Positions 7,219 through 15,737 of a DNA stretch of 40,865 bases are shown one piece after another. A program made the position numbers and the translations under genes. Origin of the DNA: a virus (Duplodnaviria > Caudoviricetes); the IMG/VR virus record IMGVR_UViG_3300038406_000085, positions 1-40,865 of that record. One strand, given 5' to 3'. Below the pieces are notes generated by a model. That model was not told the DNA's origin. It worked only from the letters and a program-made list of their open reading frames with translations, and did not search any database. How positions within the stretch are numbered: position 1 is the stretch's first letter; every line of letters starts with the position of its first letter.

Positions 7219-8619
7219 TCATTCGTCCTCCCCGAACTCGGGCAGGGTGAATACCCCGGCGCGCTGTTTCCGCAGCGTCACGGCAGCGGCGAGGATGCGA
7301 CTGCCTGCGATAAGGCCCGTGCCACTGATCGCAGCCTTCGCCCGGGGCCGCCCAGCGGTTGAGGGCAGTCCGGCGGCGTCCATCAGCTCAACAACGGCGG
7401 CCACCTTTGCGTCGAACTCGCTGGTACGGCCGGTCCCCTGAATGCTGGAGTGCAGGTGCGGCAGGGGCTTGCGCTCGAAGGTGAGCACCTTGTCGGACAC
7501 TGGCAGGCGGTTCGCCTCGCACGTGAGGCTGTAGACGTCCTCGGTCACCCGCTGCATGCGCCAGACGATGTCGACGTCGCCGGACTTGGCTGACCCGCCG
7601 CGCTGCCCCTTCTCCACGTCCTTGCCGGAGTGGTCCAGGCGCAGGCACGCGACCTTGGCCTGCTTGAGCTTGAGCCCGGTGTGCCGGTAGAACTTCAACC
7701 AGGTGTCGTTGTCGTTCTCCTCGCCGGCCACCGACCTCGACAGGGTGTCGATGACGACCAGCTCGGCCTCGTGCCGGGCGACCGCGGCCATCAGCTGCAG
7801 CGAACCCGGCTCGGTGTCGAGCGCGGACAGGGTCGGGAAGGACAGGTAGCGCAGGTTGCCCAGGTCGCCGGGGGTGTACCCCATCGCCTGGAGGCGAGGG
7901 CGGATGTCGCCCTTCGGGTCGTTCTCGAAGTCGACGTACAGCACGCGCCACGGACGCTCAGGGACGACGCCGAGCACCTCGCGACCGCACGAGATCGCGG
8001 CGGCCACCTCGAGCGTGAGCAGCGACTTGCCGACCTTCGGCGGGGAGTACAGGGCGACCAGCCGGCGGGCGGGGAGCAGGGGCTCGATGATCCACTCGTC
8101 TTCCTCGGTGTCGGCCCACAGCGCATGCCAGTCCAGGACGGGCAGGTTCTCGTCGATCCATGCGGCGATCTGCTCGTCCTCGTCGAGCTCGACGGCAGGC
8201 TCCTGCTCGGCGGTCTCGACGTCGTCCACCGCGGGTGCCGCGCGCAGCGTGTAGACCTCCGCGACCGGCGCCAGGGGCTCGACGGCTCGCGGCTGTACCG
8301 ACCCTGCGCGCCACCCGGAGCGGAGCGTGATGGCGATCTCGTCGTCAGGGAGACCGCATGACCGCCCGGCGTTGGTCAGCACGGAGTGCATGTAGTCGAT
8401 GTCGAGGTGGCCGGAGGCGACCAGCTGGGAGAGGTTGAACACGGCCTTGTTGAGCGTGTCGTTACGGGTCCCGTCGCCGGCCAGCGCGACGGCGTTGGCC
8501 TCGCGCTGCAGTGCGGCCTCCCCGTAGCGTGACTGGCCCTCTCCGCTGTACGGGACTACCTCGCCGCCGAGCGCGGCGGGCGCCGTCGGCTTCTTGAACA
8601 GGTCGTAGATCGAGGTCAC
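7219..8619 (-). CDS. replicative helicase (AAA_25/RepA-like) with N-terminal primase C-terminal-like domain
   Basis: RNDTLNKAVF helical domain; Walker A SPPKVGKS, LYVDFEN, VVIDTL, LDHSGK, RGGSA; GTGA overlap at 8616-8619. Confidence 0.88.
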   Translation of the reverse strand: MTSIYDLFKKPTAPAALGGEVVPYSGEGQSRYGEAALQREANAVALAGDGTRNDTLNKAVFNLSQLVASGHLDIDYMHSVLTNAGRSCGLPDDEIAITLRSGWRAGSVQPRAVEPLAPVAEVYTLRAAPAVDDVETAEQEPAVELDEDEQIAAWIDENLPVLDWHALWADTEEDEWIIEPLLPARRLVALYSPPKVGKSLLTLEVAAAISCGREVLGVVPERPWRVLYVDFENDPKGDIRPRLQAMGYTPGDLGNLRYLSFPTLSALDTEPGSLQLMAAVARHEAELVVIDTLSRSVAGEENDNDTWLKFYRHTGLKLKQAKVACLRLDHSGKDVEKGQRGGSAKSGDVDIVWRMQRVTEDVYSLTCEANRLPVSDKVLTFERKPLPHLHSSIQGTGRTSEFDAKVAAVVELMDAAGLPSTAGRPRAKAAISGTGLIAGSRILAAAVTLRKQRAGVFTLPEFGEDE

Positions 8620-9230
8620 GCCGCCTGCCCCACGGTGGAGTCGGGCAGGGCCTGCGTGCCGAGCTCGTGACCACGCACCCATCGGTATGTTCCGTCGGCC
8701 GTGCGCGACGGCGGGGCGACGACGTAGCCGCCGGCTCCGCGGTGGTCGACCTTGGCGAGCAGGTTGGTGGTGTTGCCGTGTCCGGAGGGGGTGACGTAGT
8801 AGTGGAAGCCTCGCGGGGTCTGGACCCAGGCCAGCACCTCGGGCATGCCGCCGGCGTCCTTGACCTCACCGAGCGCTATGGTCCCCTCCGGGCCGTCAAC
8901 GTCGAACACATCGAACCTGAGCCCGGTCGGCAGTCCGATGTTCGCGTCGGGGGTGGCCGTCCACCATGCGCGGACCTGCTCGAGGTCGGTGGTGGCGTCC
9001 TTGAACCCGTGGGAGGTCAGTGGCGCCTTCCCGCCGGGCCGGCAGGGGAACACGGCAACACCCTGGGAGGCGTACCAGAGTGCAGCGTTCAGCAGGGCGT
9101 CGGGCGCGTTCAGTCGTGCCTGCCGAACCGCCTCCTCTACGTCGATGATGTCGGTCAGGCGCTGGACCTCGCCCTGGTCGTCGCGTGCCGCTGCGTCGAC
9201 GAGTGCCTGTTCGGTGGGAGTGAGCTGCAC
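8616..9230 (-). CDS. bifunctional DNA primase/polymerase (Prim-Pol N-terminal domain)
   Basis: VFPC..GGKAP..HGFKDATTD..WW..P.ANIG..DVFDVD..TPRGFHYY..GGYVVAPPS. Confidence 0.9.
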   Translation of the reverse strand: MQLTPTEQALVDAAARDDQGEVQRLTDIIDVEEAVRQARLNAPDALLNAALWYASQGVAVFPCRPGGKAPLTSHGFKDATTDLEQVRAWWTATPDANIGLPTGLRFDVFDVDGPEGTIALGEVKDAGGMPEVLAWVQTPRGFHYYVTPSGHGNTTNLLAKVDHRGAGGYVVAPPSRTADGTYRWVRGHELGTQALPDSTVGQAA

Positions 9231-9270
9231 TGCGGCCCTCCAGGTGTGTTGGCGTGGTGGTTTGGGTGGG

Positions 9271-9328
9271 TGCCGCGCCCCGGGTCGAACGGGACTGGGT
9301 GTGCGACCTCCTTGCGGTCGCGCGCGGC
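9271..9328 (-). ncRNA. tRNA-like structured element (acceptor stem + one hairpin + T-arm)
   Basis: GCCGCGC...GCGACC-gcaagga-GGTCGC...TCCCG-TTCGACC-CGGG-GCGCGGC-A in the ssb/primase intergenic region. Confidence 0.5.
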
Positions 9329-9360
9329 TGCCTGGCTATGTCAGGCGGTGTTGCTCAGGC

Positions 9361-9780
9361 TCAGAACGGGGGTGCCCCGGCGCCGGGGGTGGCGGCCGGC
9401 GCGGCGAACGTGTTGTTCTTCCGGGCCTCGAGCCAGGCCATCCCGGCGGCGATGTCCGTCTCCGTGGCCGCCTGGACCATCCAGGGCGCGGACTGCCCCG
9501 GCTTGGCCTGCCCCTGACCGAGGCGGCCCAGGACCTTCTCCCCGACCTTCGAGGAGGTCTGGGAGATCAGGACGCGGGGGAAGATCAGGACGTCGTCGTG
9601 CGACTCCGGGGCGTCCCCGTCGATGACGTGGACGTCGGCCCGGACCGCGTCCTTCGCGCCGAGACTGGTCTGGATGTCCTTCTCCAGCCCCTTCGGCTCG
9701 ATGACCAGCAGGCGACCGAGGAGGTCGGTCCACTGGATGCCGGAGGCGGAGGCGGGGGCTGCGAACGGGTTCGTGCTCAT
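9361..9780 (-). CDS. ssb: single-stranded DNA-binding protein (actinophage type)
   Basis: GRLLVIEP...VRADVHVIDG...VLGRLGQG..KPGQSAPW; C-terminal PPF tail; AGGAG SD. Confidence 0.75.
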   Translation of the reverse strand: MSTNPFAAPASASGIQWTDLLGRLLVIEPKGLEKDIQTSLGAKDAVRADVHVIDGDAPESHDDVLIFPRVLISQTSSKVGEKVLGRLGQGQAKPGQSAPWMVQAATETDIAAGMAWLEARKNNTFAAPAATPGAGAPPF

Positions 9781-9815
9781 GGTGTTCTCCTGTGTGCTCG
9801 TGATTTCTCGTGGCC

Positions 9816-10775
9816 TCACGCCGCGAGGGCGGTGAGGGTCTTCTTCCTGGCAGCGGCGGCCGCGGTGTGCGCCTCGCTCCAGGTGGTCTGGTGTGCCGCC
9901 CATGCGGCGGTGAGCTCGTCGACGGTGGTGGCGGCCTCGATGGCGTCCATGACGGGGTCGGCGGGGCGCCATGCGTTGAGCAGGTCGCGTCGCTTGCGCC
10001 ACTCGCGGGCGTGCATGGACAGGCGGAACGCCTCCCACCCGGCGGCGATGTCGATCCAGTACGCCTTGGCGACCCCCTGCCCGGCCGGCAGGTGGATCAC
10101 CAGCGCCTTCTCCTTGTCCGGGATGACGTCCCAGGGCAGGCGGGTGCGGGTCGGGATGTCGTAGGGCAGGGCGTGGGCGTAGATCGCGAACTGCACGGCC
10201 CAGGCGTGGTGGAAGTCGATGCTCGAGCCGGTCTTGAGGTCGGCGATGTACCACTTGCCGTCGATCTCCAGGACCCGGTCCGCGGTGCCGGCGACCTTGT
10301 ACGGGTCGAGCACGGTGAACTGCTCGATCGCCTGGACCTTCCACCCGATGGTGGTTGCGAGCTCGGTGTACGCGGCCAGGTCGGCCTCGAACTCGTGCGG
10401 CACGTGCCCGACGTCGTCGCCGCGGTCCATGCGCTCGGTGAAGGAGTGCAGGGCGGTGCCGGTGGTCGCCGCGGCCGTGGCGCCACCGGCGTCGGCGGCC
10501 TGGTCGGCGAGCCGGTTGAGCGCCTTCTTGTCATCGACGTCGGTGGCCGCCGCCGCGGTGAGCAGGTCGCGCCGGGCGACGAGCCCGAGCATGGTCATGC
10601 GCTGCTTCCAGAGCATGAGCCCGGACGAGTCGTCGAGGGTCTTGGCGACGGTGGTGGCGCGGGTGTACGCGACAGGTTTGGCGCCGAGCGGCTGGGGCGG
10701 GGTGATGAGCGGCCGGCCCCACCGGTCGCGGTCGATCTCGGCGCCGCCGGCGGGCGTGGCGAACGGGTTGGTCAT
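9816..10775 (-). CDS. Cas4-like PD-(D/E)XK exonuclease
   Basis: RDRWGRP...YTRATT..KTLDD...GTALH...AGTADR..IADLKTG..QFAIYA. Confidence 0.82.
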   Translation of the reverse strand: MTNPFATPAGGAEIDRDRWGRPLITPPQPLGAKPVAYTRATTVAKTLDDSSGLMLWKQRMTMLGLVARRDLLTAAAATDVDDKKALNRLADQAADAGGATAAATTGTALHSFTERMDRGDDVGHVPHEFEADLAAYTELATTIGWKVQAIEQFTVLDPYKVAGTADRVLEIDGKWYIADLKTGSSIDFHHAWAVQFAIYAHALPYDIPTRTRLPWDVIPDKEKALVIHLPAGQGVAKAYWIDIAAGWEAFRLSMHAREWRKRRDLLNAWRPADPVMDAIEAATTVDELTAAWAAHQTTWSEAHTAAAAARKKTLTALAA

Positions 10776-11095
10776 GCTGTCTCCTTGAGGTGGTGCTGGT
10801 CGGCCTTGCGCTGCCGGGCCAGCGCGTGACGCTCGTCGGGGTCCAGCCCGCCGAACACGCCGTACCTGGACGGGGCCGCGGCGTTCCCCTCGGTCCGCAT
10901 CGCGACCTCGAGGCACTCCTGACGCGTCGCCAACGGGCACCGCGCGCAGTCCCGTTTCGCCTGGTTGTACGCCGCCTCGAACTTGCCCTTGCCTGCCGGG
11001 TAGGACAGGTCCGGGTCAGTCTCGGCGCACGGCGCGGCTGCCATGCGCTCGCTGAATGTGGTGCCTCGGTAGGACGTCCCACTGGCGCGGTTCAC
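10772..11095 (-). CDS. whiB: WhiB family transcription factor
   Basis: four Cys (CAETDP...CARCP..TRQEC) and YGVFGGL..ER motif; GTGA overlap. Confidence 0.88.
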   Translation of the reverse strand: MNRASGTSYRGTTFSERMAAAPCAETDPDLSYPAGKGKFEAAYNQAKRDCARCPLATRQECLEVAMRTEGNAAAPSRYGVFGGLDPDERHALARQRKADQHHLKETA

Positions 11096-11295
11096 GGCTT
11101 CTCGATCCCGAGCTGCTTCCACGTGGCCTTGCCCTGGTCGGTCTCGGCCTTCCCCATCTCGCCGGGGTAGTGGCGGGCGACGGCGCGGCGTGCCTGCTCG
11201 GCGTTCTCCGCGATGTCCTTCTCGGACGACTCCTGGGTGGGCATCGTCGAGTCGTAGGTCTTGCCACGGAGGTCGTCGGGGGGCGGGGCGTTCAT
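11092..11295 (-). CDS. hypothetical protein
   Basis: MNAPPPDDLRGKTYD...; coupled overlaps. Confidence 0.6.
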   Translation of the reverse strand: MNAPPPDDLRGKTYDSTMPTQESSEKDIAENAEQARRAVARHYPGEMGKAETDQGKATWKQLGIEKP

Positions 11296-12065
11296 GCGGC
11301 GATCTCCTGGGTCGTGAGGGCGGCGAGGAGCTGGGTGCCGACGTGGAGCGCGTATTGAGGGGGTATCGACTCCTGCATGCCCTTGACGGTCATCCAGTCG
11401 ATGCCGAGCAGGGACTGCTTGACAGGGATGGACCTCGGCACGTACCCGCCGCCGCGGCCGACCCGGGCGCAGTGCCGGTCGCGCGGGGCGACGGCGTGCA
11501 GGTCTTCCCACGGGAGCCGCTTGGCGTGCCGCGATCCGCCGTAGACTCCTGCGACCTGTCCGGCGCGGTGCTTGCGGTGGACAGGCACCTCGATCGGCAC
11601 GTTGGACTCGAACAGGCGGTGCCGGTCGAGGGTGAGGTGCTCGCCGTCGACGTCGGCCGCCTCGAGGCCGAACATGCGCCCGCAGAGCAGCACGGGGTCG
11701 TTCATCTGCTTGCGCGCCTGCTCGACGTTCTCGATGACCCAGGGCAGGCCGGTGAGGATCAGGAGCTCGCGCGTCGCGGCGATGAGTCGCTGGTGCTTGC
11801 CGCGTGCGGTCGGGTTGCCGGCGGTGGCGATGCTGTACCCCTGGCAGGGTGGGCTGGCGTGGATGGCGTCGAACTCGTGGCCGTGCGTCGCGAGGAACGC
11901 GAGGGCGTCACCGGCGATGAACTGGCCCGGGTAGCGGGTGCCGACGCGCGGGTTGAGGTCCACACCGGTCACGTCCCACCCGGCTCGCATGTAGCCGGCC
12001 GCCGCTCCACCCTCGCCACAGAACAGGTCGAGCAGCCGCGGGCGCTGGCTGGTGATGCTGGTCAA
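11292..12065 (-). CDS. DNA (cytosine-5) methyltransferase
   Basis: LLDLFCGEGG (motif I), ASPPCQ (IV), IENV (VI), SIPP (X); TTG start with GGAGGGG SD. Confidence 0.88.
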   Translation of the reverse strand: MTSITSQRPRLLDLFCGEGGAAAGYMRAGWDVTGVDLNPRVGTRYPGQFIAGDALAFLATHGHEFDAIHASPPCQGYSIATAGNPTARGKHQRLIAATRELLILTGLPWVIENVEQARKQMNDPVLLCGRMFGLEAADVDGEHLTLDRHRLFESNVPIEVPVHRKHRAGQVAGVYGGSRHAKRLPWEDLHAVAPRDRHCARVGRGGGYVPRSIPVKQSLLGIDWMTVKGMQESIPPQYALHVGTQLLAALTTQEIAA

Positions 12066-12085
12066 GGTCCCCTCCTTCGGGGTCG

Positions 12086-12111
12086 GGCCGGGGCGCTCTC
12101 ACGCCCCGGCC
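12086..12111 (-). terminator. GC-rich intergenic hairpin
   Basis: perfect 10-bp stem GGCCGGGGCG/CGCCCCGGCC; no U-tail, so may be a processing/stability hairpin. Confidence 0.4.
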
Positions 12112-12118
12112 AGGTGAG

Positions 12119-12340
12119 TCAGGAGCGAGGCCGACCGGGGACGCGCTCCAGCAGCTCCATGTAATTCGCGTCGGGCACGACGTCGTTGCCGATGGCCTTG
12201 GCGCCGACCAGGACGAACACCCAGTACTTGACGCGCTTGGGCAGGCGGGCGGCGATCTCCATGTCCACCCAGTCGGCGGTGCGGCGCATGCGCTCCTTGA
12301 GAGGGATGGCGGGGAAGGTCCAGATGGACGAGAGCTTCAC
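12119..12340 (-). CDS. hypothetical protein
   Basis: 73-aa ORF with AAGGAG SD. Confidence 0.7.
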   Translation of the reverse strand: MKLSSIWTFPAIPLKERMRRTADWVDMEIAARLPKRVKYWVFVLVGAKAIGNDVVPDANYMELLERVPGRPRS

Positions 12341-12378
12341 GGTGTGTCTCCTTGGGTGGGTGGTGCGGGTGAGGTGGG

Positions 12379-13317
12379 TCAGTCGTCCGCGTTGCCGTCG
12401 GGCACGTCTGCGGCGTAGTTGGCGTCGTCGGGCTCGGCGGCCGTCGGCAGCTTGGCCACGTCCTCCTCCAGCGCGTCGATCAGACGCCCGGCCTCCTCGC
12501 GGGTGAGCTCGGACCGGCTGGCGATCTTGAGGCCGATGGCCTGCTCGATGTAGCCCAAGGCGTGCGCCTTCTCGGTGATGCCGAGGTCGCGCATCGTGGC
12601 GGCGATCTTCTTGAGCTGCTGCGCGGTGACCATAGGGACCTCGGGGGCAGCCTCTTCGGCGACGGCCTCCACGACCTGCTCCGGCTCGACGGCGGGCGCC
12701 GGGGTGAGCAGCGCGGCGGCCGACTCGCGCTTGGGGCGCGGGGAGTCCTCGACGTGGTCGATCACCTGGAGCTCCTCGACGGAGTAGTCGAGGCCGGCCA
12801 GCGCGTCCGGGGCGATGCGGCGCGCGACGTCACCGGCGGCGCGGGCCCAGAGCATGGCCTGGGGGTCGGTCGAGTACTTCGCGTTCGAGGTGTACCCAGC
12901 CTTCTTGGCCCGGGCGATCGTCCAGGTGACCCGCTCGACGACGTCGGACCCGCGACGCTGCCCGGCGACGGTCACGGCTTCGTCCGTGGTCTCCTCGGTC
13001 CAGATCTTGTGACCCTTGGACATCGCGACGGCGACCATCGATCGGGCGTACAGCCCGGGGGTGCCGGACACGACGTACACGGACCGGACGGCAGACATCG
13101 GGTCGAGGCCGAGCGCGGCGCCGAACATGATGGCGGCCGTGACGTCGTCGGGCTTGCCCTGGAAGTGCTTCGGGACGAACGCGGTCCCGGCGAGCGCGGT
13201 GCCGAGCTGGTGGGCACCGACCATCTGCTCGACGGCGGCCTGGATGAGCTGGGTGCCGAGCGGCTGCACGGTCGTGAGCACGGCTTCGTTGGGCAGGTAC
13301 TGGGTCAGTTCGGTCAT
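12379..13317 (-). CDS. recT: RecT-like ssDNA annealing protein
   Basis: FVPKHFQGKP..AAIMFG..LGLDPM...WTIARAKKAG..Y..DPQAMLWARA; downstream of RecE-like nuclease. Confidence 0.8.
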   Translation of the reverse strand: MTELTQYLPNEAVLTTVQPLGTQLIQAAVEQMVGAHQLGTALAGTAFVPKHFQGKPDDVTAAIMFGAALGLDPMSAVRSVYVVSGTPGLYARSMVAVAMSKGHKIWTEETTDEAVTVAGQRRGSDVVERVTWTIARAKKAGYTSNAKYSTDPQAMLWARAAGDVARRIAPDALAGLDYSVEELQVIDHVEDSPRPKRESAAALLTPAPAVEPEQVVEAVAEEAAPEVPMVTAQQLKKIAATMRDLGITEKAHALGYIEQAIGLKIASRSELTREEAGRLIDALEEDVAKLPTAAEPDDANYAADVPDGNADD

Positions 13318-13634
13318 CGGTTCATCTCCTTGGTGAGCAGGTTGATCGCAGCGGTGAAAGCCGATCGGCGACCCTCCTGCCAGTACTCGGCGGTGCTGGT
13401 CTCGACGGTGCCCAGCAGGTTCATGACGTTCACGTTCAGTGCGGCTGCGACCACGACCGCCTCGTTGAGGCGCAGGGGTCGAGCGCCGTCCTCGATGCGG
13501 GAGACGGTGGTCTGGTAGAACGGCAGCCCGCGGGCAGTCAGGTGCTCGGCCAGTTCGTTCTGGGACATGCCCATGAACGAGCGGGCGTCCGCGACCTTCT
13601 GGCCGATCTCGGCGTCAGGGATCAGTTCGGTCAT
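13314..13634 (-). CDS. XRE-family HTH protein
   Basis: GMSQNELAE...QTTVSRIEDGARPLRLNEA. Confidence 0.85.
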   Translation of the reverse strand: MTELIPDAEIGQKVADARSFMGMSQNELAEHLTARGLPFYQTTVSRIEDGARPLRLNEAVVVAAALNVNVMNLLGTVETSTAEYWQEGRRSAFTAAINLLTKEMNR

Positions 13635-13635
13635 G

Positions 13636-14481
13636 TCAGAACTCCTCGTTCTCGTCGTTCAGGTACCAGCGAGGCGCGCTGATGCGATGAATCCCATCGG
13701 CCAGACGCGGCCACTCGCCGGATGCCTGGGCCTTGGCGTAGGCGTCGATGGCCCAGCGGACGTTCTCGGCGGCCTTGTCCTGCGTGGGCTCGTCGAACTC
13801 GGCGACGAAGACCAGGTGCGGCGGGACCTTGTCGACCACGACCTGGAGGAAGCGGGGCGCGCTGCCGGTCAGCACCCGCCAGCCCTCGCCGTAGTGGATG
13901 CGCTGCTCGGGGTAGCGGAGCCTCGCGGACACGCCGCCCCAGGTCGCCGGGCGCGGGGACTCGGCGGTCTTGAGGTCGACGAGCAGCCCCTCGTTGCGGA
14001 CGTAGTCGATGCGGCCCCGGCAGCGCGCGCCGGTGTCGGGGTCGTCCCAGATGAGGGACACCTCGGGGTCGCCGCCGGTGAGGATGACCCGGGCGTCCGT
14101 GTGGCCGAGCACGGCCTCGGCCATGGCGTCCACGCGGGCGATCTGGTCGGGCGAGACGGGGGTCAGCCCGGCGGCGCGCTGCTCGGTCGCCCAGGCGACG
14201 GTCGCGGCCTTGGTGGAGACGTTGCCCGACGGCGTCAGGTGCTCGTCCGGGTAGGCGATGACGCCGGCCCCGACGCCGAGGATCTTGGCGTGCGCGGCCG
14301 AGCCGACGTCGAACGCCTCGCGGGGCTTGTCGCCGTCCTTGAGGTACTGCTCGTAGATGGCGGGGGCGTCGAGCATCTTCTTGATGCCGGTGGAGGCCAG
14401 GCCGGGCAGCGAGTGATAAAGCTCCTCGTCCAGTTCCATGTGGATGCCGACGTCGTACGTCTCGGTGGTCGTCTCGCTCAT
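13636..14481 (-). CDS. recE: RecE-like exonuclease VIII (DUF3799, PD-(D/E)XK)
   Basis: EELYH..STGIKKML..GSAAH..E.S..W.D..TG..CRGRIDY..VDLKT..Y..Q..Y. Confidence 0.85.
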   Translation of the reverse strand: MSETTTETYDVGIHMELDEELYHSLPGLASTGIKKMLDAPAIYEQYLKDGDKPREAFDVGSAAHAKILGVGAGVIAYPDEHLTPSGNVSTKAATVAWATEQRAAGLTPVSPDQIARVDAMAEAVLGHTDARVILTGGDPEVSLIWDDPDTGARCRGRIDYVRNEGLLVDLKTAESPRPATWGGVSARLRYPEQRIHYGEGWRVLTGSAPRFLQVVVDKVPPHLVFVAEFDEPTQDKAAENVRWAIDAYAKAQASGEWPRLADGIHRISAPRWYLNDENEEF

Positions 14482-14783
14482 GTCTCGCTCCTCTTCCACT
14501 TCGCGATCCGCCGCCGCACCGTCTCGGGCGCGACACCTGCGATGGCCGCGATGTCTCGCAGCGAGTCGCCCTCGCCGTCTCGCCACATGCCCGCCATCTC
14601 GGCGGGGGTCAGGTCCCGTGTCTCGCGAGACGTCTCGATCAGCGCGGCCTCGTGCACGACGGCGTTGACGATGGCCTGGCAGACACCGGCCGTCCCGTCC
14701 TGCGTCTCGGGGCAGGACGCGAGGTGTCTCACGTACGTCTCGATGTCAGCGGGGATGGTCGTGCCGCAGCGGTGGGTGATCAA
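14478..14783 (-). CDS. HTH DNA-binding protein
   Basis: C-terminal SLRDIAAIAGVAPETVRRRI; TTGA overlap start. Confidence 0.7.
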   Translation of the reverse strand: MITHRCGTTIPADIETYVRHLASCPETQDGTAGVCQAIVNAVVHEAALIETSRETRDLTPAEMAGMWRDGEGDSLRDIAAIAGVAPETVRRRIAKWKRSET

Positions 14784-14998
14784 CGGTCCAGCTCCTCGTC
14801 CTTGGCGATGCACGAGTGGCAGACCCCGGCGAACAGCACGCGGGGACGGCCGCAGATGCCGCAGCGGGGGAAGACGGGCGCAACGGGCCGCTCGAGCGCC
14901 TGCTGCCCGGTCCGCGAGTGCGTCCCGTACTCCAGCGACGACGCCATCGCGGCACGCCTGCTGCCGTCCGGGTCGAGGAGGGGGTTGGTGCCGGTCAT
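14780..14998 (-). CDS. small Zn-ribbon protein
   Basis: CGICG...CHSC; ATGA overlap. Confidence 0.6.
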   Translation of the reverse strand: MTGTNPLLDPDGSRRAAMASSLEYGTHSRTGQQALERPVAPVFPRCGICGRPRVLFAGVCHSCIAKDEELDR

Positions 14999-15345
14999 CG
15001 GTCCCCCTCCGTCCAGGCGTCCCACTCGTCCGAGAAGTCGGGGTACCTCGACAGCGCGGTGCGGACGTCGTCGGGCTGCACGCGCCCGCTCTGGATCTCC
15101 GAGTCCAGGTCCTCGCAGGCGCGCTCCGTGGCCGTCTGCACGATGCGGTCGACGGCGCGCTGCGCCTTCTCCTCCGGCGTCGGGTTGAGGATCCGGTACG
15201 AGTGCGCGGTGGCCGTGACCCCCGTGGTCGCGCCGGTCGGCGTCATGGTGGCGTCGATGTGCTCGCGGGCGTCCTCCGGCGTCGGCAGGGCGACCTTGCA
15301 GCCCTCCTGGGCACAGACGGCATAGTCGGTGGTCTCGACGCTCAT
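14995..15345 (-). CDS. hypothetical protein (C2H-type motif)
   Basis: MSVETTDYAVCAQEGC...AREH; ATGA overlap. Confidence 0.65.
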   Translation of the reverse strand: MSVETTDYAVCAQEGCKVALPTPEDAREHIDATMTPTGATTGVTATAHSYRILNPTPEEKAQRAVDRIVQTATERACEDLDSEIQSGRVQPDDVRTALSRYPDFSDEWDAWTEGDR

Positions 15346-15737
15346 CGCGCCCCTCCCTCGGTGTAGGTGGTGTACGCGCCCCACAGGTCCCCGGACGCGG
15401 TGCCCCGGTGGACGTCCCGTGCGACGACGTCGAGCACTCCCCGCGCGGACACCCGCTCGGCCTCGTACGCCTCGATCTGCTGGTGGGCCAGGAACAGGGC
15501 GTCACGCATCCCCGCGACCTCCTGGACCATGTCGGCGCGTGCGGCCCAGGCAGTGGCACACAGGGCCTGCGCGGTGGCTTCCCCGGCTTCGGCTGCCATG
15601 ACGATGCGCTGGGTCGTCGGGTCCAGCTCGCGGTCCGTGTGGAGTCGCGCGCCGGGGCTGTCGGTCCGGGGGCGCGGGACGCCGCCGAGCATGCCCATGC
15701 GGGAGGCGACGGTGGCCGGGGTGGCGGTGGTGGTCAT
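15342..15737 (-). CDS. hypothetical protein
   Basis: MTTTATPATVASRMG...; ATGA overlaps. Confidence 0.6.
   Translation of the reverse strand: MTTTATPATVASRMGMLGGVPRPRTDSPGARLHTDRELDPTTQRIVMAAEAGEATAQALCATAWAARADMVQEVAGMRDALFLAHQQIEAYEAERVSARGVLDVVARDVHRGTASGDLWGAYTTYTEGGAR

Noticed and set aside
6965-7222. N-terminal extension of the resolvase ORF
   Set aside because: It runs through the iteron array; the family-typical start with an SD is at 6964.
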